A stretch of DNA of 62,955 bases, the filler included, from an uncultured virus (IMG/VR IMGVR_UViG_3300005239_003333) (taxonomy: Duplodnaviria > Heunggongvirae > Uroviricota > Caudoviricetes). It is 3 parts of one record of this genome, joined end to end, with 100 filler letters (N's around TTAATTAATTAA, not from the genome) between each part and the next. Parts side by side here need not be neighbours in the genome. Positions count along the whole stretch, not along the records: positions 28,653 to 58,796 come from IMGVR_UViG_3300005239_003333; positions 58,897 to 62,955 come from IMGVR_UViG_3300005239_003333; 1 more part is not named here. One strand, 5' to 3'. Positions 52,466 through 61,749 of the stretch are shown in pieces. The first letter of the stretch is position 1; each line of letters opens with the position of its first letter. The notes under the pieces are model-generated. The model saw only the letters and a program-made list of their open reading frames with translations. It did no database searches and was not told the origin of the DNA. A program made the position numbers and the translations under genes.

Positions 52466-53223
52466 GTATAAACTATGACAACAACTGCTTTCCCGGTATA
52501 GTAACATCTGATGAAACATGTTTTAGATTTACAGATAAAGGCAATGTAAACTCTCCGAATGAGCGATTATTATTTTCTAATTGGTGGAGAGAGCAAATTA
52601 ATCAATTTGGTACCGAAGTAAGCTATTTTGTTAACTCTTTTAACGCGTTAAGTGCTGACAATATATACGGCGAGCAACCAACTAAAGTATTTGCTGATCC
52701 TAAAAAAATTGTAGTAGCAGCTACTCTTAATGATAATGCTATAACTCTATCACAGTTTGGTTTTCAGAGCGATGATGATGTTACTGCATATATACATATA
52801 TCGTCTTTCGAGACCACATTCAGCGATTTAACAGGTGTATGGGATACTCAGTATAGTAATATAGAGCCAAAGGCCGGGGACGTTTTTCAATTAAGCGAGT
52901 TCGGCGATGATAGGCCTGGTGATAGACAAGCTAAATATTTTGAAATAACTCAAAAGCTAGACCAGGATATTGCTACTATGAATCAACTTGGTGGTCATTA
53001 TGTATTTCTTATTAAAGCTAAGCGGCTTGACTATAGCTTCGAGCCTAATATACCATTCCCATTATCGGGCGGAAATGCGCAAATATTTGAAGGCTCTGGC
53101 AGTGCTAGTGAAGCTAATATTAAGAAAGATGGTTATAATGCTTATGATATAGATGAGGAAAGTAAGCAAGATGTATTTGATATGTCAGCTAATGACACTG
53201 ATGTGTACGGGGATTATTATTAA
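52462..53223 (+). CDS. gp14: Neck/head completion protein (gp14-like)
   Basis: EQINQFG..V.Y, IYGE, LSQFGFQSDDDVT..I, EPKAGD, FEIT. Confidence 0.7.
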   Translation: MSINYDNNCFPGIVTSDETCFRFTDKGNVNSPNERLLFSNWWREQINQFGTEVSYFVNSFNALSADNIYGEQPTKVFADPKKIVVAATLNDNAITLSQFGFQSDDDVTAYIHISSFETTFSDLTGVWDTQYSNIEPKAGDVFQLSEFGDDRPGDRQAKYFEITQKLDQDIATMNQLGGHYVFLIKAKRLDYSFEPNIPFPLSGGNAQIFEGSGSASEANIKKDGYNAYDIDEESKQDVFDMSANDTDVYGDYY

Positions 53224-53420
53224 AAGTTATCTAGAAATGCGTCGGCTTCTTTTGGCGTCTTAAATACAATTTCTTTATCGCCTTTCTCACAAGTGAATAT
53301 ATACTTTATACCATCACCGTCTTTTTTAATATGTTTGAGAGTGTAGCAGATACCATTTTTAAAATACTTACCAAACTTCGATGTATTGTTTGTAAATTGA
53401 CTACCAGGAATATACTTCAT
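53220..53420 (-). CDS. Small hypothetical protein
   Basis: 66-aa ORF converging on gp14; the 3' end of an upstream gene (FFQKYVDERF...) overlaps its start. Confidence 0.5.
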   Translation of the reverse strand: MKYIPGSQFTNNTSKFGKYFKNGICYTLKHIKKDGDGIKYIFTCEKGDKEIVFKTPKEADAFLDNF

Positions 53421-54516
53421 CGTCGTGCCCCTTTAATGATTTATCAATATTATATTTCATATCTTCAAAGCGCTCATCAACATATTTTTGAAAGAAANNN
53501 NNNNNNNNNNNNNNNNNNNNNNNNNNNNNNNNNNNNNNNNNNNNNNNNNNNNNNNNNNNNNNNNNNNNNNNNNNNNNNNNNNNNNNNNNNNNNNNNNNNN
53601 NNNNNNNNNNNNNNNNNNNNNNNNNNNNNNNNNNNNNNNNNNNNNNNNNNNNNNNNNNNNNNNNNNNNNNNNNNNNNNNNNNNNNNNNNNNNNNNNNNNN
53701 NNNNNNNNNNNNNNNNNNNNNNNNNNNNNNNNNNNNNNNNNNNNNNNNNNNNNNNNNNNNNNNNNNNNNNNNNNNNNNNNNNNNNNNNNNNNNNNNNNNN
53801 NNNNNNNNNNNNNNNNNNNNNNNNNNNNNNNNNNNNNNNNNNNNNNNNNNNNNNNNNNNNNNNNNNNNNNNNNNNNNNNNNNNNNNNNNNNNNNNNNNNN
53901 NNNNNNNNNNNNNNNNNNNNNNNNNNNNNNNNNNNNNNNNNNNNNNNNNNNNNNNNNNNNNNNNNNNNNNNNNNNNNNNNNNNNNNNNNNNNNNNNNNNN
54001 NNNNNNNNNNNNNNNNNNNNNNNNNNNNNNNNNNNNNNNNNNNNNNNNNNNNNNNNNNNNNNNNNNNNNNNNNNNNNNNNNNNNNNNNNNNNNNNNNNNN
54101 NNNNNNNNNNNNNNNNNNNNNNNNNNNNNNNNNNNNNNNNNNNNNNNNNNNNNNNNNNNNNNNNNNNNNNNNNNNNNNNNNNNNNNNNNNNNNNNNNNNN
54201 NNNNNNNNNNNNNNNNNNNNNNNNNNNNNNNNNNNNNNNNNNNNNNNNNNNNNNNNNNNNNNNNNNNNNNNNNNNNNNNNNNNNNNNNNNNNNNNNNNNN
54301 NNNNNNNNNNNNNNNNNNNNNNNNNNNNNNNNNNNNNNNNNNNNNNNNNNNNNNNNNNNNNNNNNNNNNNNNNNNNNNNNNNNNNNNNNNNNNNNNNNNN
54401 NNNNNNNNNNNNNNNNNNNNNNNNNNNNNNNNNNNNNNNNNNNNNNNNNNNNNNNNNNNNNNNNNNNNNNNNNNNNNNNNNNNNNNNNNNNNCAGATATC
54501 AAAAATCTACTTAACA

Positions 54517-54861
54517 TTACTTCTTTATTATAGCTAATGTTTCGTCAAAGTCAACTAATAAATCGGCCATGCCTTTTAATGTAGCCTGTAACTTTGATAT
54601 CTGCTCTTTATCTATAGTAGGGTTTTGTTCAGCTATTTGTATTAGCTGATGTACGTTTGATACATTAACAAAAGCGTCACCTATAGTCTGTTCTATAGCG
54701 TCAATTGGAAATTGCTTATTTGCCGTCTGTTCATCCGGTTTCTTAAGATTACCTATATTATTAGCTGTGATAGGGCCTTGATCAGCTACTTCAGATCCCA
54801 CGCCGGATGCCTGTCTCTGTACATCGTACATTTGATCATCTTCAAATAGTCGTTGTTTCAT
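54517..54861 (-). CDS. Hypothetical late protein (true start 54861)
   Basis: TATAAATA (54867-54874, minus)-N5-ATG MKQRLFED. Confidence 0.65.
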   Translation of the reverse strand: MKQRLFEDDQMYDVQRQASGVGSEVADQGPITANNIGNLKKPDEQTANKQFPIDAIEQTIGDAFVNVSNVHQLIQIAEQNPTIDKEQISKLQATLKGMADLLVDFDETLAIIKK

Positions 54862-54895
54862 GTATATATTTATACGTTTTGCCATAAATATAAAT

Positions 54896-55309
54896 ATGAA
54901 TGAGTATTCCAAAAGATTTGCAAAAATTTTAGAACAAGATGATGAGTTAGCGGATGAGTTGACCGACGGTGAAGCTTTAGATTCTGAATTACAGGATGTA
55001 ACTGCAGATGAGCTAGGTGCCGATGCGCCCGAAGATGTAACGAACGCTATAAATGATCAGCAAAAGCAGATGTATGATGAGTTGAATAGCTGGATCGGTA
55101 AGATGGACGAGTTTTCAAACTACCTCAACGGTACTACAGATAGTATTCAAACAACTCTTAACTCAGCTGAGTCTGATACAATTTTTGATAGTATTTCAAA
55201 TGCTGAAACAAAGAAAATTGCTAGAGTAGCAATGGAAGTATCGGCATTAAGTGAAATCTTAAAAGGTTACTTAGCAGGTGCTAATGATCCTAAATATAAA
55301 TTTAACTAA
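54896..55309 (+). CDS. Acidic hypothetical late protein (true start 54896)
   Basis: TAAATA (54885-54890)-N5-ATG MNEYSKRFAKILEQ. Confidence 0.65.
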   Translation: MNEYSKRFAKILEQDDELADELTDGEALDSELQDVTADELGADAPEDVTNAINDQQKQMYDELNSWIGKMDEFSNYLNGTTDSIQTTLNSAESDTIFDSISNAETKKIARVAMEVSALSEILKGYLAGANDPKYKFN

Positions 55310-55317
55310 ATAGTAAT

Positions 55318-55565
55318 ATGAAAACTGAACAAGATTTAATCTTTGAAGCTTATACTAACCTAAACTCTCAGTGAAGACTTGAGAAGATGAATCAGTAGGC
55401 GATTCTTCTAATTTTGAAGATAAAGCTGAAAAGTTCGCTGATTCTATTGGAGATGCTGAGCTAGAATATTTAGTTAATCTAAGTGGTGGAGAATTTGAGA
55501 TATTAAAAGGATTTTTACAAGATCAAATGGGTTATCGTGATCTCGGTCAATATAAACTTAACTAA
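55318..55565 (+). CDS. Small putative internal protein, frameshifted (missed by ORF track)
   Basis: TAAATA (55307-55312)-N5-ATG MKTEQDLIFEAY; downstream frame NFEDKAEKFADS...YKLN then stop. Confidence 0.5.
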
Positions 55566-56596
55566 CTATTTTTAATCTCAGTTAATAATAATTTAGCTTT
55601 AAGACCTGAATGAGTATTTTTTAATATAAATTCAGGTTTTATTTTGTCTTTATTACCAGCCACGCATATATCATTAAAGTCTTTAAAACGCTTTAATTCT
55701 TTAGGCCATATAAAAACCTTTTCATTGTTATCAGCTAAAATAATACTTTTACTTAAAGCTGCTTTATCGCAATATTGATTATCTAATACATATATCTTTT
55801 CATATAAGTTTAGTTTATTGATCTGTTCCTTCTGTAAACTAGTAAACATCTTATCGCTTCTTTCAGTAATACCGCAAGTAGCTAAACCATTTTCAACGAA
55901 ATAACTATCAATAGGTCCTTCAAATATAAACACGTTATCTAAATCAGGGTTTATATTTTGCATTCCATATAAACTTCTCTCCGCGCCTACTTTACTTAGA
56001 TATTTCGGTCTTTCGAATAGATCCTTTTTAGTCAATCCCCTAGATTGATAGAATATTATATCCCCATTCTCATCATAAAACGGTAGTATTAATCTATTCT
56101 TATGTACAGGGTCTTTTAGTGATATATAAAAAGTCTTAGGTTTATTAATCCCTTTATTAAGCCTTCTACTCTTTATTAAAGTAGTAGCCATTCTCACCAC
56201 AGCGCTATCTTTATAATACTCAATCTGACCTTCATCAGATAAATTAATACAATCTTCGGGTAAATTCTTATCTACGACTTTTCTAACTTCAACAGGTTCA
56301 TCTCTCTGAATTTCAATATCAACATCTAGATTTTTTACTTCGTTAATAATAACGTGCATTGGTTTACAAGTCACGTCGACCAGGAAGCCTAGAGTTTTTT
56401 TACTATAGCCACAGTTATGGCAATACGCTAGATCTTTATTAGGTATGTAATAGAATCGTTTCTTTTTACCCCAGGAATTACCTTCTTTACATATCGGGCA
56501 ACAGCCATTGTATGACTTGCTAAATTTATTATACGATATCTTATATATATTTTCGTATAATAAAGGTATAGTATACTGCTCGGGTATATTTATCAC
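55562..56596 (-). CDS. gp61: DNA primase (T4 gp61-like)
   Basis: Zn finger CPIC...YCHNCG, RLILPF, QSR, KYL, TOPRIM FEGPIDS, KDFND. Confidence 0.92.
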   Translation of the reverse strand: MINIPEQYTIPLLYENIYKISYNKFSKSYNGCCPICKEGNSWGKKKRFYYIPNKDLAYCHNCGYSKKTLGFLVDVTCKPMHVIINEVKNLDVDIEIQRDEPVEVRKVVDKNLPEDCINLSDEGQIEYYKDSAVVRMATTLIKSRRLNKGINKPKTFYISLKDPVHKNRLILPFYDENGDIIFYQSRGLTKKDLFERPKYLSKVGAERSLYGMQNINPDLDNVFIFEGPIDSYFVENGLATCGITERSDKMFTSLQKEQINKLNLYEKIYVLDNQYCDKAALSKSIILADNNEKVFIWPKELKRFKDFNDICVAGNKDKIKPEFILKNTHSGLKAKLLLTEIKNS

Positions 56597-56602
56597 ATAC
56601 TA

Positions 56603-56630
56603 ATTATAGTATATAATCTTTAAAAATCAA
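56603..56630 (-). promoter_or_regulatory. Sigma70-type promoter of primase
   Basis: TTGATT-N16-TATAAT-N6-GTG. Confidence 0.6.
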
Positions 56631-56632
56631 TC

Positions 56633-56893
56633 CTAACCTCTACTCTGCCTTGTATTAGCGGCTGATGTATGTACTGTTTGCCAGTCAACAATCGTTTCTC
56701 CGGTTTCAATAGATTTAATACTCACCAAGCCTTTCTTGATCTGATGACCTGTAACAGGGTCTGCAAAATGCGCTTGCTCATATGTATTACCGTTCTGCTC
56801 GTAACTCGAGTAAGTAGGTCTAACTGTTTCACCGGTGTATGGCGATCTTACTTGTTGCGGATTTACAAAATCATTTGGGTTGTAGTCACTCAT
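56633..56893 (-). CDS. Hypothetical protein
   Basis: TAAATA-N5-ATG (56899-56904). Confidence 0.6.
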   Translation of the reverse strand: MSDYNPNDFVNPQQVRSPYTGETVRPTYSSYEQNGNTYEQAHFADPVTGHQIKKGLVSIKSIETGETIVDWQTVHTSAANTRQSRG

Positions 56894-56901
56894 ATAATTA
56901 T

Positions 56902-57753
56902 TTATGACAATAAATCCATTAGGCTATTGGTTTGAAAGAATCTAGTATACCAGGGCATTTCTTTCTTTAATATGTTAGTAAATTTTAATTCCTTAATTTG
57001 TGATTTAAAGCCTGCCCAATCTGTATCGAAAGAACAACTATCAACCTGCTCGTATACATAATCACCTTCCGGCCCATCATCGACTAAGGTCATTAATTCG
57101 ACATTTTTTTCAAATTGCTGCTTTTCATCTTCTGTAAATACAACTTCACCTCTAAAAAACTTTTCAATCTTCTTTTGACCAAAGCCTTTAATGCCAGGTA
57201 TATTATCACTCTTATCACCAGCTATAGCTTTAGCTCTAAGAAACTGTTCTTTCGGAAATTTTAAAATTTCTTTGAAGTTATCGAGATTTATTTCTATTTT
57301 ACGGATCGGATCATATACTACAGTTCGTTCACTGACTAGCTGACATAAGTCTTTATCTACGGTAACTATAATATGCTTATGGGGATGGAACAAATAATCA
57401 ATAACAGCAATAGCATCATCTGCTTCATACTCGCGGGGATATATCGAAGGAATGCCCATTTTTTGTAATATATCTTTTATAAGTTCATTCTTCTGGTGAA
57501 CCTCTCTACCTTTTTCGCTAGTATCTCTTGTACCTTTATACTCTGTTAAGAGCTCTTTACGCTTATTAGGCTTATAATCAGGCTTTTCGTCCCAGACACA
57601 GTATACTCTCTCAGCATTATACATTTCTGCATAACTTCTAACACTATTTAAAAACATATACACATGAAAGTTTTCATCTTTCTTGAGCATATTATTAGCT
57701 ACCCAGTAAACCCTATGTACTAGATTATTACCGTCAATCGTTAGTATGTTCAT
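56902..57753 (-). CDS. rnh: RNase H / 5'-3' flap exonuclease (T4 rnh-like)
   Basis: IDGNN, YKGTR, EADD, VDKDL.Q, GDKSDNIPGIKG. Confidence 0.9.
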   Translation of the reverse strand: MNILTIDGNNLVHRVYWVANNMLKKDENFHVYMFLNSVRSYAEMYNAERVYCVWDEKPDYKPNKRKELLTEYKGTRDTSEKGREVHQKNELIKDILQKMGIPSIYPREYEADDAIAVIDYLFHPHKHIIVTVDKDLCQLVSERTVVYDPIRKIEINLDNFKEILKFPKEQFLRAKAIAGDKSDNIPGIKGFGQKKIEKFFRGEVVFTEDEKQQFEKNVELMTLVDDGPEGDYVYEQVDSCSFDTDWAGFKSQIKELKFTNILKKEMPWYTRFFQTNSLMDLLS

Positions 57754-58000
57754 TTTTCTTATACTGTGCGAGGATTACTTTGAAAACATACTTAGGTACC
57801 TTTTCCATAAATTTAATAACCCCTTGAGTTAAGCCATCATCGAAGTCTTTTTGCGGTATTGCTGTTGTTATCATCTCAGGCATTCTAAGAAAATTATACG
57901 TATGTTCCTTTTTATCTCGGCAAATGAAGCAAAATAATTGACCTGCAAACTGTCCATGATGACACGCATACATATCGCCCTGTCTAATCTTTTTAATCAT
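57734..58000 (-). CDS. Hypothetical protein
   Basis: 88-aa ORF overlapping its neighbours in the same orientation. Confidence 0.55.
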   Translation of the reverse strand: MIKKIRQGDMYACHHGQFAGQLFCFICRDKKEHTYNFLRMPEMITTAIPQKDFDDGLTQGVIKFMEKVPKYVFKVILAQYKKNEHTND

Positions 58001-58796
58001 AGCAGTCTACTAGTAGTTTAAGTTGTTCATCAAAATCTGTATATAGAGGCTCGTAAAATAGCTCTTCGCGTATTTTCGAACAGTCTATACTATATCTAAA
58101 GTCGTGACCTAGTCTATCCTCAACAAATCTAACCGATTCATCAAGATCTTTACCTAGTATGGTACATATTTTATCGACCAACTCTATATTAGACATCTCT
58201 ATTCCGGAACCAATATTATACACTCCATTCTTACCTTTAGTCGCGACTGCCCATACTGCTAAATTATGATCATGTACATGCACCCATTCTCGCATATTCA
58301 TACCTTCACCGTATACAGGTACCTTCTTTCCAGCTTTTAATGCTTTTATAATTGTTGGTATAAATTTTTCACTATGCTGGTTAGGTCCGTAGTTATTACA
58401 GCAGCGAGTAATACTAATATTACTATTAAATGTATTAATGTATGATAGACACAAGAGATCACTGGATGCCTTAGAGGCAGCATAGGGAGACCTTGGGGCG
58501 ATAGGGGTACACTCTACAAATGAAGGGTCGTCAAATCCTAAATGTCCGTATACTTCATCAGTACTGATATGAATAAATCTACCGTAATTATTATTAATTT
58601 TCCGGAAGCATTCTATCATATTTTGGGTACCGAGAACATTTGATTCAATAAAAACTTTAGGCCCACTAATACTATTATCCACGTGAGATTCGGCAGCGAA
58701 GTGAAAGATATAATCAAACTTGTCATTTGTAAGAAATACATTTTCAAGTTCTAAACTTTTTGAAATATCTAATTTATATTCTTTGTCGCATAACCC
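57993..58796 (-). CDS. rfbB: dTDP-glucose 4,6-dehydratase (5'-truncated)
   Basis: HFAAESHVDNSI, HISTDEVYG, PRSPYAASKASSD, NNYGP.Q..EK.IP, DRLGHDFRY. Confidence 0.92.
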   Translation of the reverse strand, partial: GLCDKEYKLDISKSLELENVFLTNDKFDYIFHFAAESHVDNSISGPKVFIESNVLGTQNMIECFRKINNNYGRFIHISTDEVYGHLGFDDPSFVECTPIAPRSPYAASKASSDLLCLSYINTFNSNISITRCCNNYGPNQHSEKFIPTIIKALKAGKKVPVYGEGMNMREWVHVHDHNLAVWAVATKGKNGVYNIGSGIEMSNIELVDKICTILGKDLDESVRFVEDRLGHDFRYSIDCSKIREELFYEPLYTDFDEQLKLLVDCYD

Positions 58797-58896
58797 NNNN
58801 NNNNNNNNNNNNNNNNNNNNNNNNNNNNNNNNNNNNNNNNTTAATTAATTAANNNNNNNNNNNNNNNNNNNNNNNNNNNNNNNNNNNNNNNNNNNN
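58797..58896. other. Artificial scaffold linker N44-TTAATTAATTAA-N44
   Basis: Same construct as 28553-28652. Confidence 0.95.
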
Positions 58897-58897
58897 A

Positions 58898-59902
58898 GGT
58901 GATAAGATTAGCGCTAAAGCTAGATTATTACCAATAGTATCAAAACTTTTAGGTAAAGAAAAGGCTGAATACAATACTTTATATATAACTAAAAATTTTA
59001 ATAAAATACTTTTAACCATTCAAAAAATGTATGGTCCGGAATCAGAATACGCCAAAGACAAGGGAGCTAAACCTTTAGATTTTACCTTTGAGTTACCCGG
59101 AGCTGGTAGAGTTGCCAAGAAGAAAGAAGGGGTAAAGGAATCAACAATTGCGTTATCTCTTCGCGAAGCGGTATCAGATGATATTGTTAAAGAGTTAGGA
59201 AGAGATGGTTCTTTAGAGCTGTTACAAGGATTTGAAAAAACTTACCCCGGTAAACAAATTAAATTTAAAGAGGTAGAGACGCTTGAGGATGAACCTGTCA
59301 TTAAATTAACTGTTGATAATGCTATTTTTGAATTAGCTGGTAGGACTAGTTTTGGTGAAAAAGGGGTACAATTTACTCTTAAGCCTATTAGTACGGATAT
59401 TATTAGTATACTAAAGGATCGTGACATAAAATACCTCACATACTTGTTACAATCTAAAGATAATGAGTTTAAAACTGCAGAAGGTAATAGTGGTATAATA
59501 TATGCATACGACGAGAGTAACCAACCTATAAATGAAATAACTACAGAGGGAGTTAATTTTCAATGGGACGGCCAAGGGAAGTTATATACATTAAGTACTG
59601 ATAATAAGGAATTAATGGGTGTTAAATATAGCGAAGGGCAATACCCTATTAATAAGTCAGATGTTAAACCGTTAACCGACGGTAAACATATTCTTATGAG
59701 ACCTGACGAAAAGTCTGGTTATATGAAATTTGCGATATTGCAAGACTTACCAACTACTAAACAGTTTTTAATTAATTTTAAGAAAGGTGTAACAGCAACG
59801 CCAGAAGAGGTCAAAGAAGCAGAGAACTGGCAGATCCATCACCGGTGCGAAAACGAGTTGATGATTACCTCTTCCCTCCTATCTAAAGATATTTTAATAT
59901 AG
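58898..59902 (+). CDS. Hypothetical protein, 5'-truncated
   Basis: Frame open from 58898 through ATG 59027. Confidence 0.55.
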   Translation, partial: GDKISAKARLLPIVSKLLGKEKAEYNTLYITKNFNKILLTIQKMYGPESEYAKDKGAKPLDFTFELPGAGRVAKKKEGVKESTIALSLREAVSDDIVKELGRDGSLELLQGFEKTYPGKQIKFKEVETLEDEPVIKLTVDNAIFELAGRTSFGEKGVQFTLKPISTDIISILKDRDIKYLTYLLQSKDNEFKTAEGNSGIIYAYDESNQPINEITTEGVNFQWDGQGKLYTLSTDNKELMGVKYSEGQYPINKSDVKPLTDGKHILMRPDEKSGYMKFAILQDLPTTKQFLINFKKGVTATPEEVKEAENWQIHHRCENELMITSSLLSKDILI

Positions 59903-59924
59903 TGAAACAAAATCAACTATTAAG

Positions 59925-59951
59925 TTGAAATAATTAATTATACATTATAAT
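59925..59951 (+). promoter_or_regulatory. Sigma70-type promoter of queD
   Basis: TTGAAA-N15-TATAAT-N6-ATG. Confidence 0.55.
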
Positions 59952-59957
59952 AGTAGT

Positions 59958-60633
59958 ATGAGATATGTANNNNNNNNNNNNNNNNNNNNNNNNNNNNNNN
60001 NNNNNNNNNNNNNNNNNNNNNNNNNNNNNNNNNNNNNNNNNNNNNNNNNNNNNNNNNNNNNNNNNNNNNNNNNNNNNNNNNNNNNNNNNNNNNNNNNNNN
60101 NNNNNNNNNNNNNNNNNNNNNNNNNNNNNNNNNNNNNNNNNNNNNNNNNNNNNNNNNNNNNNNNNNNNNNNNNNNNNNNNNNNNNNNNNNNNNNNNNNNN
60201 NNNNNNNNNNNNNNNNNNNNNNNNNNNNNNNNNNNNNNNNNNNNNNNNNNNNNNNNNNNNNNNNNNNNNNNNNNNNNNNNGTGTCGGTATTGAAAGAACG
60301 GCTGAATGGGTATATGAAAATGCTAATAAGCTAGTAACAGAACAAACTAATAATCGTGTAAGAGTTATTAAAGTTGAAGTCTGGGAGCATGAAGGTAATA
60401 GTGCGATATATGAAGAATTATTAAATTCCACTAAAGATGAAGGGCATATAGATGTAGATATATCAAAAGCAAATTACGCGCAGCAAAGTTTGTTTGATTT
60501 AAAAGAACAAGAAATAGAAGCGTCCGCTATTGAAAATGACGAGGTAAGGAATGAGCAACAAGGTGCACCTCTCTACAATAAAAAGACGAATGATCTAAAA
60601 GATCCCTTTGCTGGTACATCATGGGGTAATTAA
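59958..60633 (+). CDS. queD: QueD-like 6-carboxytetrahydropterin synthase with acidic C-terminal extension (gap 59970-60280)
   Basis: VGIERTAEWVY...RVRVIKVEVWEHEGNSAIY T-fold C-terminus; close to queE. Confidence 0.75.
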
Positions 60634-60635
60634 TA

Positions 60636-60905
60636 ATGGATTTAGGGGATATATATCAGAGTAACGTAAATAAAAATTCAATAAAAACAGGGGGTATATC
60701 TAGCGGTATACCCTCTTCGCGTGAACGTGACCCTAATCAAATAAAACTCGAACAGAGCGTTTTTACAAAAATGCGCGCCGCTATACCTAAACCTTCGACA
60801 GTAGAGGAAAAGCCGGCTGCAGTATCAAACGTTGAAAATATTGGCGTTGAACAAGCAATGAAAGAATTACTTAACGGTACTGAGTCGATCGACGATAAAT
60901 CTTAA
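60636..60905 (+). CDS. Hypothetical protein
   Basis: 89-aa ORF 2 nt after the queD stop. Confidence 0.55.
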   Translation: MDLGDIYQSNVNKNSIKTGGISSGIPSSRERDPNQIKLEQSVFTKMRAAIPKPSTVEEKPAAVSNVENIGVEQAMKELLNGTESIDDKS

Positions 60906-61634
60906 AACTTCGCTACGCACGATATCATCGCTAGTAAAGTTAAATGTTTCTATTCCCCATTCATCAGAACTAGGTGTATTAAAAGCTTTACATATTCTTT
61001 TAAAGCCGCTCTTAACTCCAATATCAGCTTGATACGTATCACCTACTACAACATATTTACTATCAACGCCAAAGCGTGTTAATATAGTTGTAAGTTCTGA
61101 AGTAGTCATATTCTGGGCCTCGTCTATAATAACACAGGAATTCTTAAAAGTTAAACCTCTGGTAAAATTAACAGGTATACATTTAATATAACCCTTAGAC
61201 ATTAAATTAGTACCAACCCCGCCCGATAATACTTCTTCAAGCTTATCGATAAGAGGCATTGACCACGGGGCGAATTTTTCTTCTAATTCACCAGGTAAAG
61301 CCCCCATACTTCGCGAAGCACTCTCGACGATAGACCTTATATAAATTATATTATCAACTTGCCGCCGCTGCAATAATTTTAAGGCAGCTAATACAGCTAT
61401 ATATGTCTTTGCTGTACCTGCAGGTCCATCAACCATACACATTCGCGTATCTTGCTGCAGCATTTTTTTCATCAATTCAACCTGCGTAGGTGTCAACTGG
61501 TAGTTTTCTTTTATCTTGAAGTCTAAATCCCAATCAGCTGGATTATCAACCGTTTTTTCGAAAGCAATATCCTCTATAGGAGCCTGCCTCCGAACCGCCT
61601 TAACTCTTTTACGAGTAGTAGTTCTTTTTGACAT
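60867..61634 (-). CDS. phoH: PhoH-family ATPase (true start probably 61634)
   Basis: GPAGTAKT, GALPGELEEKFAPW, RGLTF, IIDEAQN, ILTRFG, GD..QAD, DIVRS; late-type TAAATA at 61642-61647. Confidence 0.93.
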   Translation of the reverse strand: MSKRTTTRKRVKAVRRQAPIEDIAFEKTVDNPADWDLDFKIKENYQLTPTQVELMKKMLQQDTRMCMVDGPAGTAKTYIAVLAALKLLQRRQVDNIIYIRSIVESASRSMGALPGELEEKFAPWSMPLIDKLEEVLSGGVGTNLMSKGYIKCIPVNFTRGLTFKNSCVIIDEAQNMTTSELTTILTRFGVDSKYVVVGDTYQADIGVKSGFKRICKAFNTPSSDEWGIETFNFTSDDIVRSEVLRFIVDRLSTVK

Positions 61635-61714
61635 ATACAAATATTTAGCAATTATTAGTGGGTGTTAATATAGCCGGAAAGTGTCATAAAAATGATTAAA
61701 TATAGTACTCTGTG

Positions 61715-61743
61715 TTGATAATAATACGGAACTATATTATAAT
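61715..61743 (+). promoter_or_regulatory. Sigma70-type promoter of queE
   Basis: TTGATA-N17-TATAAT-N6-ATG. Confidence 0.65.
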
Positions 61744-61749
61744 TGTTGT

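Noticed and set aside
2776..60431. ORF-track entries made mostly of X (e.g. 2776-3714, 23448-24271, 32366-32983, 38402-39452, 53331-54537, 59934-60431)
   Set aside because: Artefacts of translating N runs
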